A DNA stretch of 64,000 nt, taken from NCBI GenBank assembly GCA_965219445.1, contig CBDCNQ010000002.1:640001-704000 (forward strand), in the 5' to 3' direction. Made by a program: the position numbers and the translations under genes. Below are positions 29,420-39,574 of this stretch, piece after piece; within the stretch, counting starts at the first letter, position 1, and every line of letters starts with the position of its first letter. The notes under the pieces were generated by a model. That model made no database searches and was not told the origin of the DNA. It saw nothing but the letters and a program-made list of their open reading frames with translations. This DNA is from Longimicrobiales bacterium. GTDB taxonomy: Bacteria; Gemmatimonadota; Gemmatimonadetes; Longimicrobiales; Gaopeijiaceae.

Positions 29420-30964
29420 ATGAACGTGAAGAAAGCGAATAGCGATACTGACAACCGCCACCTGACGCGGCGGGACTTACTGCAGAATGCGAGCTTGGCC
29501 ATCGCGGCTGCGGCCATGGCACCCAAGTCGGCAGCCGCGGCAGCCTCTCGCGCGATGGGGAAGAAGGCGCGACCTCGGGTGCCCATGGCCGCGCAGATGC
29601 AGGACGTCAGCCCCATAATGGCTCGGCTCAGCGCCTATATGAGCGAGGCAAGGACCCGCCCGTTGCCTGGGCCGGTGCTGGAGAGGGCGGAGCATCATAC
29701 CCTAGACACCATAGCCGCAATGATTTCGGGTTCCGAACTCCCTCCCGGCCGTGCGGCCATCCAATTCGCGAGTGGCTACGGTGGAGCGCAAGGGGCCACC
29801 GTGTCGGCCTCGACCGTTCTGGCTGGTCCCATGGAGGCTGCGCTAGTCAACGGGGTGATGGCCCATGCGGACGAGACCGACGACTCTTGGCCGTCGGGAT
29901 GGCATCCCGGCTGTGCGGTCGTGCCTGCCGCGCTGGCCGCCGGGGAACGATTCGGTATCAGCGGGACGCACTTCCTGCGCGCGGTGGCGCTCGGCTACGA
30001 CGTTGGCTCAAGGGTGTTAATAACGTTGCGGTCCGCAGGTCCACAAACGTACAAGAGCACCCATAGCATTGCCGGAGTCTGGGGCGCTGCGGCAGCCGCT
30101 GGCTGCGCGGCCAGCCTATCGCCACAGCAGATGCGCTGGCTATGCGATTACACGGCCCAACAGGCTTCGGGTATCCGCGCCTGGTCGAGAGATGTCGACC
30201 ACATGGAGAAGGGATTCGCCCTTGGTGGCATGTCGGCGCGCAGCGGGGTCACCTCCGCACTGCTGGTTCAGGCCGGCTGGACTGGCATCGACGACATCTT
30301 TTCGGGAGAGAATAACTACATCCTCGCCAATGCACGGGAAGCCGATCCGGAAAACCTACCGACGGAACTGCTAATTGATGAGCTGGGCGAACGCTACGAG
30401 ATAGCGCGCACGAACATCAAGAAATGGAGTGTAGGATCGCCCCTTCAGGCACCGCTCGATGCGATGGAGATCATTCTGGGGCGGCACCGGTTACAAGCCA
30501 ACGACGTGACGGAAGTCATCTATCGCGGGAATCCGGAGGCGTTCACCTATTGGGCTCAGATGCCCGACATCAATCTGCGCTACATGATCGCCGTAATGCT
30601 GATCGACGGAACCCTCACCTTCGAGTCGTCGCATGACGGATCGCGCATGGAGGACCCGGACATCCTTCGTCAGTACGCGAAGGTGAGATTTGTCCCCGGC
30701 GTCGGCCCAGCCCAGGGCGGTGAGCAGCCGATCATCCAGGTCATTCTCGCGGATGGCACGCGCTTCGCCGAGGATTTCATCGCTGAAAACACTCTCGGCA
30801 GGATCGACAATCCGATGACCCGCGACCAGGTGGCGGCGAAGGCCCAAGGCTTGATGGCTCCCGTGCTTGGTACAGCGGCCTCCAGAAGCCTGATCGATGC
30901 CATGTTCGGGCTGGAAAACGTGGACGACATCCGATCGCTTCGACCCTTGCTGCAAAGGGCGTGA
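29420..30964 (+). CDS. MmgE/PrpD family protein with twin-arginine signal
   Basis: TRRDLL Tat motif; NGVMAHADETDD, HPGCAVVPAALA, AVALGYDV. Confidence 0.88.
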   Translation: MNVKKANSDTDNRHLTRRDLLQNASLAIAAAAMAPKSAAAAASRAMGKKARPRVPMAAQMQDVSPIMARLSAYMSEARTRPLPGPVLERAEHHTLDTIAAMISGSELPPGRAAIQFASGYGGAQGATVSASTVLAGPMEAALVNGVMAHADETDDSWPSGWHPGCAVVPAALAAGERFGISGTHFLRAVALGYDVGSRVLITLRSAGPQTYKSTHSIAGVWGAAAAAGCAASLSPQQMRWLCDYTAQQASGIRAWSRDVDHMEKGFALGGMSARSGVTSALLVQAGWTGIDDIFSGENNYILANAREADPENLPTELLIDELGERYEIARTNIKKWSVGSPLQAPLDAMEIILGRHRLQANDVTEVIYRGNPEAFTYWAQMPDINLRYMIAVMLIDGTLTFESSHDGSRMEDPDILRQYAKVRFVPGVGPAQGGEQPIIQVILADGTRFAEDFIAENTLGRIDNPMTRDQVAAKAQGLMAPVLGTAASRSLIDAMFGLENVDDIRSLRPLLQRA

Positions 30965-31010
30965 GGAGCGCCGATCAACGCGAGGGAGGACTGAGGGATC
31001 AGCGGTTGCT

Positions 31011-33374
31011 TCAGAACCGATAAGTGTAGTTCAGCTTGACACTCGCTCCGCGAGAGAGAGTCAGGAACTCCCGGTTCTGGTTGAAGAGCCCGTCACCCAA
31101 GTTCTGCCAGTTCTGCGTGAAGACGAGGAAGAGATCGTTCCCGGGCGTTATGATCCAACGCGTCCGCATGAAGAGGCCCACTACCTCGGAGACGTCGTCG
31201 TATTGGATGTTGCCCGTGACGGATGCCAGCGGATTGATGTTCCACTCGCCGGCCACCCGAAGTAGGTTTGCATCGAACGATCCCTGGGGTAGGTCGACGT
31301 TGTTCTTCTCGATCTGGGCGGAGAGGAGAATCCCCGGTGACGGCCGGACGTCCAGAACACTCTCCAGCTGGGTCCGGTCTCCGCTCCAGAAGCCACCTAG
31401 ACGGACGGAGACCCTCCCGGAGACGACTCTGCGGCTCGCGGTTCGAACCGTAAACCTCCAATCCCAGTTTCTGTAGGTCTCCTCCTCGATGAAGATGCCG
31501 TCGCTGATCTCGAACTCGCTATCGAGGTAATCGAACTGGTGTTGGAGGTCGACTTCGAAGTTGTCCTGGCTCTCGAACTCGACCCCGAAGACCTTGAACT
31601 GCCACTGTCGTTCTTCGGCCACACCGGTGACGAGGTCCTCCCAGCGGTTTAACTGAGCGGCGAAGTGGAAGCGGCGAATCGCTCGATTCGGGTGGAGGCT
31701 CCAGTCGATATCGGGTCTCGGTCGCCACCTGATTAGCGAGTGAAACTGCCGCACCCCGTTCCGCTGGACGAAGCCCATGGCGGGGCTGTAGTCGTGGCCC
31801 AACTCACGGTAGAAGAGCCGCGAGGACCAGGGATCGTTGGGAAACCTCACGAAGACCCCACGCGCGCTCAGCGCCGAGGTGCTGCGCTTTACGCCTGGAT
31901 CAGGGTTGGAGTTCCTCACGAAGAACGTTTGCGCCCTGAGGTTCTTGTCTCCAAGAAACCGCGCCGTGTAGAAATTCAGATCCAACCCCGCCGTGTGCTG
32001 GTCCGCTGGAGCCGACGCCGTAGGATCTGTGGGATCGGCGCCGGTCGCGCGCCGAGTGTAGATGGCGCCAATCGTCGATTCTTCGAGGAAGTTCCGATTC
32101 ACGCGAGCCGCCGTGAATTGCTCCCCGGCGAAAACTCCGTTGTTTGCCGCCTCTGACTCGATGTCGGCTGTTGCCACATGAATGAAGCCCAGGTCGTAGC
32201 GGCCTACCTTCCCACCCAATCGGCCCGCGTATTCGACCGGCACCTGCTCACCCTCGAGCAGGCCGATCCGGCGACTAAAATAGGGATCGACCTGATTGCC
32301 GGAAGCGAAAGCGAAAACGCCCGCTCCCTCGAGAAAAAAGTCCCGCTGCTCCGGAAACCGGAGAGGGAAGCGGGTGAGGTTGACGCGCCGCTGATCGACC
32401 TCCGCCTCGGCGAAGTCCGTGTTCACGCTCACGCCGGATCGCAGGCTCGGCGTGATGTTGTAGTTGATGTCCAACCCGACATCCGACGGATACGTGGTGG
32501 GATCCGTCTGCCCCGGAACGTTCCTCCAGTTGGTGACCCCGTAGGGGACGGCTTCGAGCCCAAGGCCCTGTGAAATACCCTCGAGGCCGGTGAGCCGGCC
32601 GGCGTGAACCGGCCGGAGGAGCCCCTGGTTGCGCCGGTATCCACGCCACACAAGCTCCTCGTTCTTGCGCCGGATCGTGCGCTGGAAGTTGATTCCCCAC
32701 GTGTCGGACGCCGCATCGAAGTTCAGCGAGCGGAAGGGTATCCTGACCTCCAGCGACCATCCATCAGGTCGGATGAACGTCGCGACCTCCCAGATGCCAT
32801 CCCAGGCTCGGTTGGTGCCGCCTCCTACTCCGCCGCCAAAGCTGAACCCGCTAACCCTACCTCCACCGCCACCGCCTCCGGTGATCAGGGCGTCGCCCAT
32901 CATTCCGGCGGCGTTGACCTCGAAGAAGTATCCCGTGCGGCCGTCCCGGAACGTGTCGACAATCCACATGAAACGGTCGTCAGTGGTCAGGAACCCGTCC
33001 CGCCTCTTTTGGAAAGCCAGGATCCCGTTCGGATCGTCGTAGAGGATCGCACCGATGTAGAGTGCGTCCTCGTCGTAGAGGACGCGGATCTCCGTCGGCT
33101 CCGACGGGGTTCCGCCCTCGACCGGCTCCTGCTGCCTGAAGTCCGTAATCGGGATGGCCCGCTCCCATGCGGCCTCGTCGATACGGCCGTCCAGGTCGAC
33201 CCGATCATCGGGATCGAGGCGAAGGGCGAGGAGATCGACCGATTCTCCGCCAGCGGCATCGGTTTCTTCAGCGCCTTGCGCCACGTTCTGCGCCGCGACA
33301 GGATGACCGAGCCTGAGTACGGCTAGGCCCAGAAACGTCCCCCAAGTCACACGTCGAATAAGAATCCGCGCCAT
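31011..33374 (-). CDS. DUF5916-type outer membrane protein (paralog of 9561..11795)
   Basis: LDGRIDEAAWE, WGINFQRTIRRKNE, NTDFAEAEVD, FSRRIG, terminal YRF. Confidence 0.8.
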   Translation of the reverse strand: MARILIRRVTWGTFLGLAVLRLGHPVAAQNVAQGAEETDAAGGESVDLLALRLDPDDRVDLDGRIDEAAWERAIPITDFRQQEPVEGGTPSEPTEIRVLYDEDALYIGAILYDDPNGILAFQKRRDGFLTTDDRFMWIVDTFRDGRTGYFFEVNAAGMMGDALITGGGGGGGRVSGFSFGGGVGGGTNRAWDGIWEVATFIRPDGWSLEVRIPFRSLNFDAASDTWGINFQRTIRRKNEELVWRGYRRNQGLLRPVHAGRLTGLEGISQGLGLEAVPYGVTNWRNVPGQTDPTTYPSDVGLDINYNITPSLRSGVSVNTDFAEAEVDQRRVNLTRFPLRFPEQRDFFLEGAGVFAFASGNQVDPYFSRRIGLLEGEQVPVEYAGRLGGKVGRYDLGFIHVATADIESEAANNGVFAGEQFTAARVNRNFLEESTIGAIYTRRATGADPTDPTASAPADQHTAGLDLNFYTARFLGDKNLRAQTFFVRNSNPDPGVKRSTSALSARGVFVRFPNDPWSSRLFYRELGHDYSPAMGFVQRNGVRQFHSLIRWRPRPDIDWSLHPNRAIRRFHFAAQLNRWEDLVTGVAEERQWQFKVFGVEFESQDNFEVDLQHQFDYLDSEFEISDGIFIEEETYRNWDWRFTVRTASRRVVSGRVSVRLGGFWSGDRTQLESVLDVRPSPGILLSAQIEKNNVDLPQGSFDANLLRVAGEWNINPLASVTGNIQYDDVSEVVGLFMRTRWIITPGNDLFLVFTQNWQNLGDGLFNQNREFLTLSRGASVKLNYTYRF

Positions 33375-33444
33375 CGATCCCTACGATTCTGAGTCAGGAC
33401 TGTCTTGAGTGCCCACCTCTGGAAGGCCCGTTCGCCTGGGCACC

Positions 33445-34227
33445 CTACTTGCCCTCGAATCGTGGGTCGCGCCGCTCCAGAAAAGCTTGGACGCCCTCCT
33501 GGTAGTCATCCGTCTCAAAGGCCTCGTAGGCCTCCTGTCGCTCATCATCCGTGAGCGGGCCCCCTCGGTCCGTGAGTCTACGCACGAATTTCTTGTGCCA
33601 GCGGTTCACGAGTGGAGCGCCCGCCGCGATGCGATGAGCGGTGGCCCGGGCGGCCTCCGCAACGTCCTCGTCAGGGACGACTCGGTTCACGAGACCCTTG
33701 TGGTACGCCCGTTCCGCGTCGAGGAGGCCACCCTCGAGCAGGACTTCGAGAGTACTCGAAACGCCAATCAGATCGACGAGCGGACCCAACTCGGTGTAGG
33801 ACATCGTGAGACCCAGACGGTTGATCGGCGCCCCGAAGCGGCTTGATTCGCTGCAGATCCTCAGATCGCAGGATGCGGCGATTTCCAACCCTCCACCCAC
33901 GCAGACACCGTCGATGAGGGCCACCGTCGGGTGGGGGCAGTTCAGAAGGGCGGAGAGCGCAGACTCGAGAGCTCGGGCATACACCTGAACCTGCTCGGGC
34001 GTCTGACGCTCCCCAGGAAATCCCCCGATGTCGGAGCCCGCGGAGAACGCCCGAGTCCCGGAACCCTCAATCACGACGCAGCGGACATCCTGGTCTTCTC
34101 CAAGATTCGTCATGATATCGGCGAGCGCCTCCCACCCATGCCGACCCAGAACATTCAACCGGTCTGGATGGTTCAGGGAGACGATGGCCAGATGGTCCTC
34201 ACGGCTGACCGTCACTCGGTCCGACAT
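33445..34227 (-). CDS. Enoyl-CoA hydratase/isomerase (crotonase) family
   Basis: AFSAGSDI, PTVALIDGVCVGGGLEIA, EGVQAFLERRDPRF. Confidence 0.92.
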   Translation of the reverse strand: MSDRVTVSREDHLAIVSLNHPDRLNVLGRHGWEALADIMTNLGEDQDVRCVVIEGSGTRAFSAGSDIGGFPGERQTPEQVQVYARALESALSALLNCPHPTVALIDGVCVGGGLEIAASCDLRICSESSRFGAPINRLGLTMSYTELGPLVDLIGVSSTLEVLLEGGLLDAERAYHKGLVNRVVPDEDVAEAARATAHRIAAGAPLVNRWHKKFVRRLTDRGGPLTDDERQEAYEAFETDDYQEGVQAFLERRDPRFEGK

Positions 34228-34238
34228 TGCTCACGCCC

Positions 34239-34310
34239 TCAACGTTAAGACTGTTCGACGGGCCACATAGGAATCGCGGCAACGTAGGTGACCACGAGGG
34301 GCATGGCCAC
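34239..34310 (-). pseudogene. Degenerate duplicate of the dctM 3' end
   Basis: Aligns with 38291-38362; VAMPLVVTYVAAIPMWPVE vs VAMLLMVTYVPALPMWPVE. Confidence 0.8.
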
Positions 34311-34452
34311 CGCCGTTTGAGCCCAACCCTCGAGAGCCGCCCCCTTCTCGCCCTGAAGAACCCATCGGGGTATCATGGCTCGGTTCCGAACGTCAAAGCC
34401 CGCCGCTGGCTCGCGGTCGTGGCTCACCGGTCGTCAGGGCTGGAGGTACGAC

Positions 34453-35463
34453 ATGAGAATTCGGATTCTTGGTGGAGTGCTAGTGCTGACGGCGGCAGGC
34501 GCGGCGACCGTGTACGGTATTTCGATCCGATCGGTCGGCGCTCCGCAGAACGCTGAGGGAGCGAACGCGGTCCTGCCGTGGGCCTTCGTACTCAACGACC
34601 CGGCCCCCGATGATGCCGAGGCGCCCGACCCCGACGAAATGGTCACGGTGCCCGGCTCCGATGTGTCGATGCGGCGCTCGGACATCAACATCCGCAACGG
34701 GCCGCCCGACTGGCACCCGGGCGGCCATCCACCCATGCCGGCACTGGTGGCGAGCGGCGGCGGCGAGGAGGTCGTGGCGTGTGGCTACTGCCATCTGCCG
34801 AACGGTCAGGGCAAGCCCGAGAACGCCGGGCTGGCGGGGCAGCCGTACGAGTACATCGTCCAGCAGATGGAGGACTACCGGAACGGCCTGCGGAAGACCG
34901 GCGAGCCACGCATGGGTCCGCCCGCTCGTATGATGCGCATCGGCGCCGCAGCCACCGAAGAACAGGCTCGTGTGGCGGCCGAATACTTCTCGTCGATCGA
35001 TTTCAAGCCATGGATCCGCGTGGTCGAGACCGACATGGTGCCCGTGACGTACTTTTCGGGCTCGATCCACAAAGTGGTCGAAGGCGGCGGCATGGAGCCG
35101 ATCGGAATTCGGGTCGTGGAAACGCCCGAAGACCTCCACCGGACCGAATTGCGGGATGACGCCTCGAGTTTCATCGCCTACGTCCCGGAAGGCGCCACGG
35201 AGCGGGGGGCGAACCTCGTGAACACCGGTGATGGGGGTCGCACCGTGGCGTGCACCATCTGCCACGGACCCGACCTGCGCGGCATCGGCCCCGTGCCCGC
35301 GTTGGCCGGCCGCTCACCCAGCTACATGGCGCGTCAGCTCTATGACCTTCAGCAGGAAACCCGTGACGGTCCCTGGTCTGACTTGATGGACCGTGCCGTG
35401 ATGAACCTCACCGTGGAGGACATCGTCAACATTGTGGCCTACACGGCGAGCCTGGACCCGTAG
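34453..35463 (+). CDS. Diheme cytochrome c (c4/c553-like domains)
   Basis: CGYCH..NGQGKPENAGLAGQ and CTICH..PALAGRSPSY; N-terminal hydrophobic signal. Confidence 0.88.
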   Translation: MRIRILGGVLVLTAAGAATVYGISIRSVGAPQNAEGANAVLPWAFVLNDPAPDDAEAPDPDEMVTVPGSDVSMRRSDINIRNGPPDWHPGGHPPMPALVASGGGEEVVACGYCHLPNGQGKPENAGLAGQPYEYIVQQMEDYRNGLRKTGEPRMGPPARMMRIGAAATEEQARVAAEYFSSIDFKPWIRVVETDMVPVTYFSGSIHKVVEGGGMEPIGIRVVETPEDLHRTELRDDASSFIAYVPEGATERGANLVNTGDGGRTVACTICHGPDLRGIGPVPALAGRSPSYMARQLYDLQQETRDGPWSDLMDRAVMNLTVEDIVNIVAYTASLDP

Positions 35464-35530
35464 GGTGACGCGCCAGTAAGTCCAAAACTGTGTCCCGGAC
35501 TCGGGATCGATGTGACGAAATCGCTCGAGC

Positions 35531-36913
35531 CTACCTGTCGACAACCCCTATGCCATAAGGACCGTTGCCGACACCAGTGACGACACCCACTACGCTGCGG
35601 GAGCGAAGATCGATCACGTACACATGACCGAGAGCCTGCGAGAACGGTGGCGTTGGGGGTCCGGCGCTGATGACCGCATAGCTGCCATCCGACGTGACCG
35701 CCGAACCCTTCGGTCGGGCTGGGCGTCCATCTCTACGGGTGAGCGGGATGCGTGCGACTTCCGCCTCTGGATCACCGGCCAGCGCCATCTCGAGACTCAC
35801 GATCGACACGTTGTTTGCACGAAAATTCGGTACGATCACTTCCTGACCGTCGGGGGTGACGGACGGTATGAACGGACGTGTCTGCTCCTGGGGATCATCC
35901 GTACCTACCAGCACGCGTGCCACCTCGGCGTCTTCGGCACCGGCACTCGCCCGGTCGGCGTCGATAATCGAAATCGTGTTACCCTCGAACGCTGCCTGCT
36001 GGCTTTCCCGGCTCGCCGCGATGATGTAGCGCCCGTCAGGGGTGGCCGTGATGCCCCACGGGCCGGCCTGGGTCGGAACACGATGGATCTCGGCACGCCG
36101 GTCACCTTCGAGGGCACGCGCAAGGTCGATCACCGACACGTCCCTCGTGCCACCGTTCGCCGTAAACACATACGCGTTACCATCGCTGTCACGACCGAGC
36201 GCCAGTCCGTTGTTGTCGGGAAAGCAGCCCCAGCTGGGGTGAGGGGAGAGCACGGCCAGATTCGTGGGCGGCCCATGAGGCGAGACAAAGGGCACGGGGT
36301 ACTCCGGACAGTCGAAGCCCGGAGAACCCAGCGCCAACTCCACGGTGCCTCGCAGGCTCCCAGTCCGCCGATCGAGAAAGGTGACGCGATTACCGCCGTC
36401 TTCGGTCAGGTTATTTTCGGCGTTGGAGATGATAAGCATGTCCGGCAATAGCAAAACGCCCACCGCCCCGAAAGCGCCGGAGTCGAAGTGCCACCCAAGT
36501 GCGTTGGCCGTTTGGTCGTTCTCGGGCTTGATCATCTCGTCGATATCCAGAACCGCGATTTGCCCCCGTCCACCGTGTTGCGTGAACTCCGCGTTATCGA
36601 TGCCGCCGTGGTGATTCACTACGTACGCAGTGCCGCCGTCCTCGCTTACCACGAGGTTGGCGGGATCACCCAGCAGCTGACCGTCCAGACGGTCCAACGC
36701 CACCTTGTTGCGGCTGACGATGGCGTTCGGCGTGTTGTCGTTTGCTGGATCGAGAGCCTCGTCGAGCGAAATGGCATAGACGTACGGAAGTCGCCGTCCC
36801 GTTGCGAGGATATACGTCTGCTCGTCGACCGCCTCTTGCGAGACACACGCCGTCGCCAGAAACGCCATGGTCAGAGCCGTGACGCGTCCGAGCAATGATG
36901 GCCGGGAAGCCAT
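35531..36913 (-). CDS. YncE/YVTN-like beta-propeller lipoprotein
   Basis: Lipobox ATAC; repeats such as GPWGITATPDG, VSVIDL, GNGPYGI. Confidence 0.75.
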   Translation of the reverse strand: MASRPSLLGRVTALTMAFLATACVSQEAVDEQTYILATGRRLPYVYAISLDEALDPANDNTPNAIVSRNKVALDRLDGQLLGDPANLVVSEDGGTAYVVNHHGGIDNAEFTQHGGRGQIAVLDIDEMIKPENDQTANALGWHFDSGAFGAVGVLLLPDMLIISNAENNLTEDGGNRVTFLDRRTGSLRGTVELALGSPGFDCPEYPVPFVSPHGPPTNLAVLSPHPSWGCFPDNNGLALGRDSDGNAYVFTANGGTRDVSVIDLARALEGDRRAEIHRVPTQAGPWGITATPDGRYIIAASRESQQAAFEGNTISIIDADRASAGAEDAEVARVLVGTDDPQEQTRPFIPSVTPDGQEVIVPNFRANNVSIVSLEMALAGDPEAEVARIPLTRRDGRPARPKGSAVTSDGSYAVISAGPPTPPFSQALGHVYVIDLRSRSVVGVVTGVGNGPYGIGVVDR

Positions 36914-36918
36914 GGCGG

Positions 36919-38079
36919 CTAGGGTATCCAGCGAGGCGAGCGTGCCCCTTCGGAAAAGGTGATCGCGATGATGTCCGTACCGTCCGGGCGCATCATGAAC
37001 AGGTCGTAGAGTCCGTTCTGGATCATCAGTTCGCTGGCGATAACCATCCACTGGCCATCGGGGGACCAGCCGGCGTCTGTCGTACGGAAGGCCGGATTGT
37101 CGGTGAGTTGGGTGAGGCCGGTACCATCCGAATTGATCACGAAGAGCTCGAAGTCTGTTCCTCCCAGCGCGGGATCCAGGAAGCGCGTGAAAACGATCCG
37201 CTGGCCGTCAGGGGACCACTTCGCGCCCCTGTCTCCATTGCCATCCGTCAGTTGGACGACGTCACTCCCGTCCGACGCCATGGTATACAGATCGCCGACT
37301 CCAGTCCTGTCGCTTACAAAGACGATCCTGGTTCCATCGGGCGACCATTCGGGTTCGCCGTCGTCCCAATCGGGGGTACCGGGCGTCAGATTCGTGACTC
37401 CTGAGCCATCGTCGTTGATCACGAAGACGTCGAATGTACTTGCTCCGAACACACGTTGCTCATAAACGATCCGAGTGCCATCCGGAGACCAGCTGGGCTG
37501 CGCTTCCACAGCGCCCGTTGAATTCGTGAGGTTGATGGGACTGGACCCATCTATGTTCGCTACCCGGACGTCTCCATCGAAATCGAAGGCAAGCCGCGCC
37601 CCGTCCTGCGTCACTGAGGGGCTATTCCCCGGCGGGGATAATTCCTGCAGGTCGCCACCGAGCGCGTTTCGCGTGCGAATGGTCTCGACGATGGTGGAGT
37701 AGATGATTCGACCCGGTCCGGATTGAAGGCAGAACACGACGATTTCGACCTCCGTGCCGTTCCGAAGGTCGAGGAAACCGGAAACAGGGGCATTCGTCAG
37801 TCGACAGTTGGAGGCGATCCCAAGGATGTCGAAGGAATGAATGGCACCGGATAGGCCCAGAACCTCGGCCTGCCCGTTGGCTGGCAAGGCCACCCCAGGG
37901 GCGTCGTCGACTACGATGCTATAGCCATCGAGGTCCAGCTCATCGCCCACCGTTGTTACGTTGAACAGAAGGTCTACCGAGTCGAAATCGATCGAAGATG
38001 GCGAGCCGCAGCCGACAGGGATCGCCAGCGCAGTGACGATGATCCCCAGGCTTCTCAAGCGGGCGATCGTGTCGGTCAT
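36919..38079 (-). CDS. TolB-like (PD40 repeat) lipoprotein
   Basis: Lipobox PVGC; repeated WSPDG.RIVF motifs. Confidence 0.85.
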   Translation of the reverse strand: MTDTIARLRSLGIIVTALAIPVGCGSPSSIDFDSVDLLFNVTTVGDELDLDGYSIVVDDAPGVALPANGQAEVLGLSGAIHSFDILGIASNCRLTNAPVSGFLDLRNGTEVEIVVFCLQSGPGRIIYSTIVETIRTRNALGGDLQELSPPGNSPSVTQDGARLAFDFDGDVRVANIDGSSPINLTNSTGAVEAQPSWSPDGTRIVYEQRVFGASTFDVFVINDDGSGVTNLTPGTPDWDDGEPEWSPDGTRIVFVSDRTGVGDLYTMASDGSDVVQLTDGNGDRGAKWSPDGQRIVFTRFLDPALGGTDFELFVINSDGTGLTQLTDNPAFRTTDAGWSPDGQWMVIASELMIQNGLYDLFMMRPDGTDIIAITFSEGARSPRWIP

Positions 38080-38165
38080 CGGAACTGCCGCTCCGGTGTA
38101 TTGCAGACATTGTCGAATACGGGAGTGGGACCAGTCGTTCCATAGGTGGCCGAGTCCGACACAAC

Positions 38166-38205
38166 TGCCTACATCTTAATCTTAGTGCCTACATTTTAAT
38201 CTTAG
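38166..38205. promoter_or_regulatory. AT-rich 20-bp tandem repeat, possible operator or promoter
   Basis: tgcctacat(c/t)ttaatcttag twice, upstream of the TolB-like gene. Confidence 0.45.
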
Positions 38206-38234
38206 CGGTCTGTGTGTCGTGCGTCACTCGAAGC

Positions 38235-38260
38235 GAAGCACCTAGCCCCACTGGTGCTTC
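38235..38260 (-). terminator. Possible hairpin downstream of dctM
   Basis: GAAGCACC-N10-GGTGCTTC inverted repeat; no clear U tract. Confidence 0.3.
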
Positions 38261-38290
38261 TGGTGCTAGGAGCGAGCGGGGTGGCGGACC

Positions 38291-39574
38291 TCAACGGTAA
38301 AACAGTTCGACAGGCCACATGGGAAGCGCGGGCACGTAGGTGACCATGAGGAGCATGGCCACGAGCACCGCAACGAAGTAGAGGTTGACCTTACTCACCT
38401 CCCAGATATCCGCCTTGGCGATGGAGCAGGCCGTGACCAGTACGCTGGCCACGGGCGGTGTCTGCTGGCCGATGCCCAGGTTGAGCGTGACGACGAGTCC
38501 GAAGTGCACCGGGTCGATTCCGGCGGCCAGAACCAGCGGCATCACGATCGGCACGACCAGGATGATCGCCGCGGCAGAGTGCAGGAACAGCCCCACCATC
38601 AGGAAGAACACGTTGAGGAGCGCCAGTATCGCAAGACGGTTGTCGGTGAAATCCATGATCCCTTGGGCGACGCGCTGTGGCACCTGCACCTCGGTGAGGT
38701 AGTCGCCGAGCAGGGCCGACGTGGCCACGAGGAGCATGACCACCGCGGTTTGGATTCCACCCTCGAGCGTGGCCCTCCGAAGAGCCGCCAGGTCCAGCTC
38801 CCGGTAGATACCGCCCCCGATTACGATGGCCGCTACAACGGCCAATCCCGCCCCTTCGGTGGCGGTGACCCACCCGGTAAAGATGCCGCCCAAGATAATC
38901 ACTGGAAGGAGCAGAGCCCAACCCGCCTCGCGAAGAGCGATGGCGACCCTTCGGAGCTGAAACGCTGCTTCCACCGGAAACCCGTTCTTGAGTGCCAAGT
39001 AATACACCACCGTCATCATGAGCAGGCCGCCGAGCACCCCCGGAACGATGCCGGCAACGAAGAGCTCCACGACCGAACTCCCGGACATGACGCCATAGAG
39101 AATCATCGGGATGGAAGGAGGGATGATGACGGCGAGCGTGGCCGCGGACGACGTCACCGCCGCCGCGAACGGGTTCGGATAGCCCCGGCGCTTCATGGCG
39201 GGGATGAGAATGGAGCCCAGGGCGGCGACATCGGCCACGGCGGATCCGGAAATCTCCGCAAAGAAGAGGGACGCGCTCACCGTCACCATCGCGAGCCCGC
39301 CTCGAATGAACCCCACGAGCGCGCTGGCGAGATTGATCAAGCGCCTGGATATCCCCGACGCGTTCATGATGGCCCCCGCCAGGATGAACAGAGGGATCGC
39401 GATCAGCGCAAACTTCAGGGTACCGGAGTAGAGGACGAGCGCCGCGTTCGGGAGCCCCCCGAGCCCCGAGCTCATCGCCATCGCGAAGATGGCCACCACA
39501 CCGAGAGAGACCGCGATGGGGACGTTGACGAGGACCAACGCCACCAGAGCGAGAAACATGATGAGGAGAATCAC
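38291..39574 (-). CDS. dctM: TRAP transporter large permease
   Basis: AIPLFILAG, ISGSAVAD, IIPPSIPMI, TATE, TPPV. Confidence 0.95.
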   Translation of the reverse strand: MILLIMFLALVALVLVNVPIAVSLGVVAIFAMAMSSGLGGLPNAALVLYSGTLKFALIAIPLFILAGAIMNASGISRRLINLASALVGFIRGGLAMVTVSASLFFAEISGSAVADVAALGSILIPAMKRRGYPNPFAAAVTSSAATLAVIIPPSIPMILYGVMSGSSVVELFVAGIVPGVLGGLLMMTVVYYLALKNGFPVEAAFQLRRVAIALREAGWALLLPVIILGGIFTGWVTATEGAGLAVVAAIVIGGGIYRELDLAALRRATLEGGIQTAVVMLLVATSALLGDYLTEVQVPQRVAQGIMDFTDNRLAILALLNVFFLMVGLFLHSAAAIILVVPIVMPLVLAAGIDPVHFGLVVTLNLGIGQQTPPVASVLVTACSIAKADIWEVSKVNLYFVAVLVAMLLMVTYVPALPMWPVELFYR

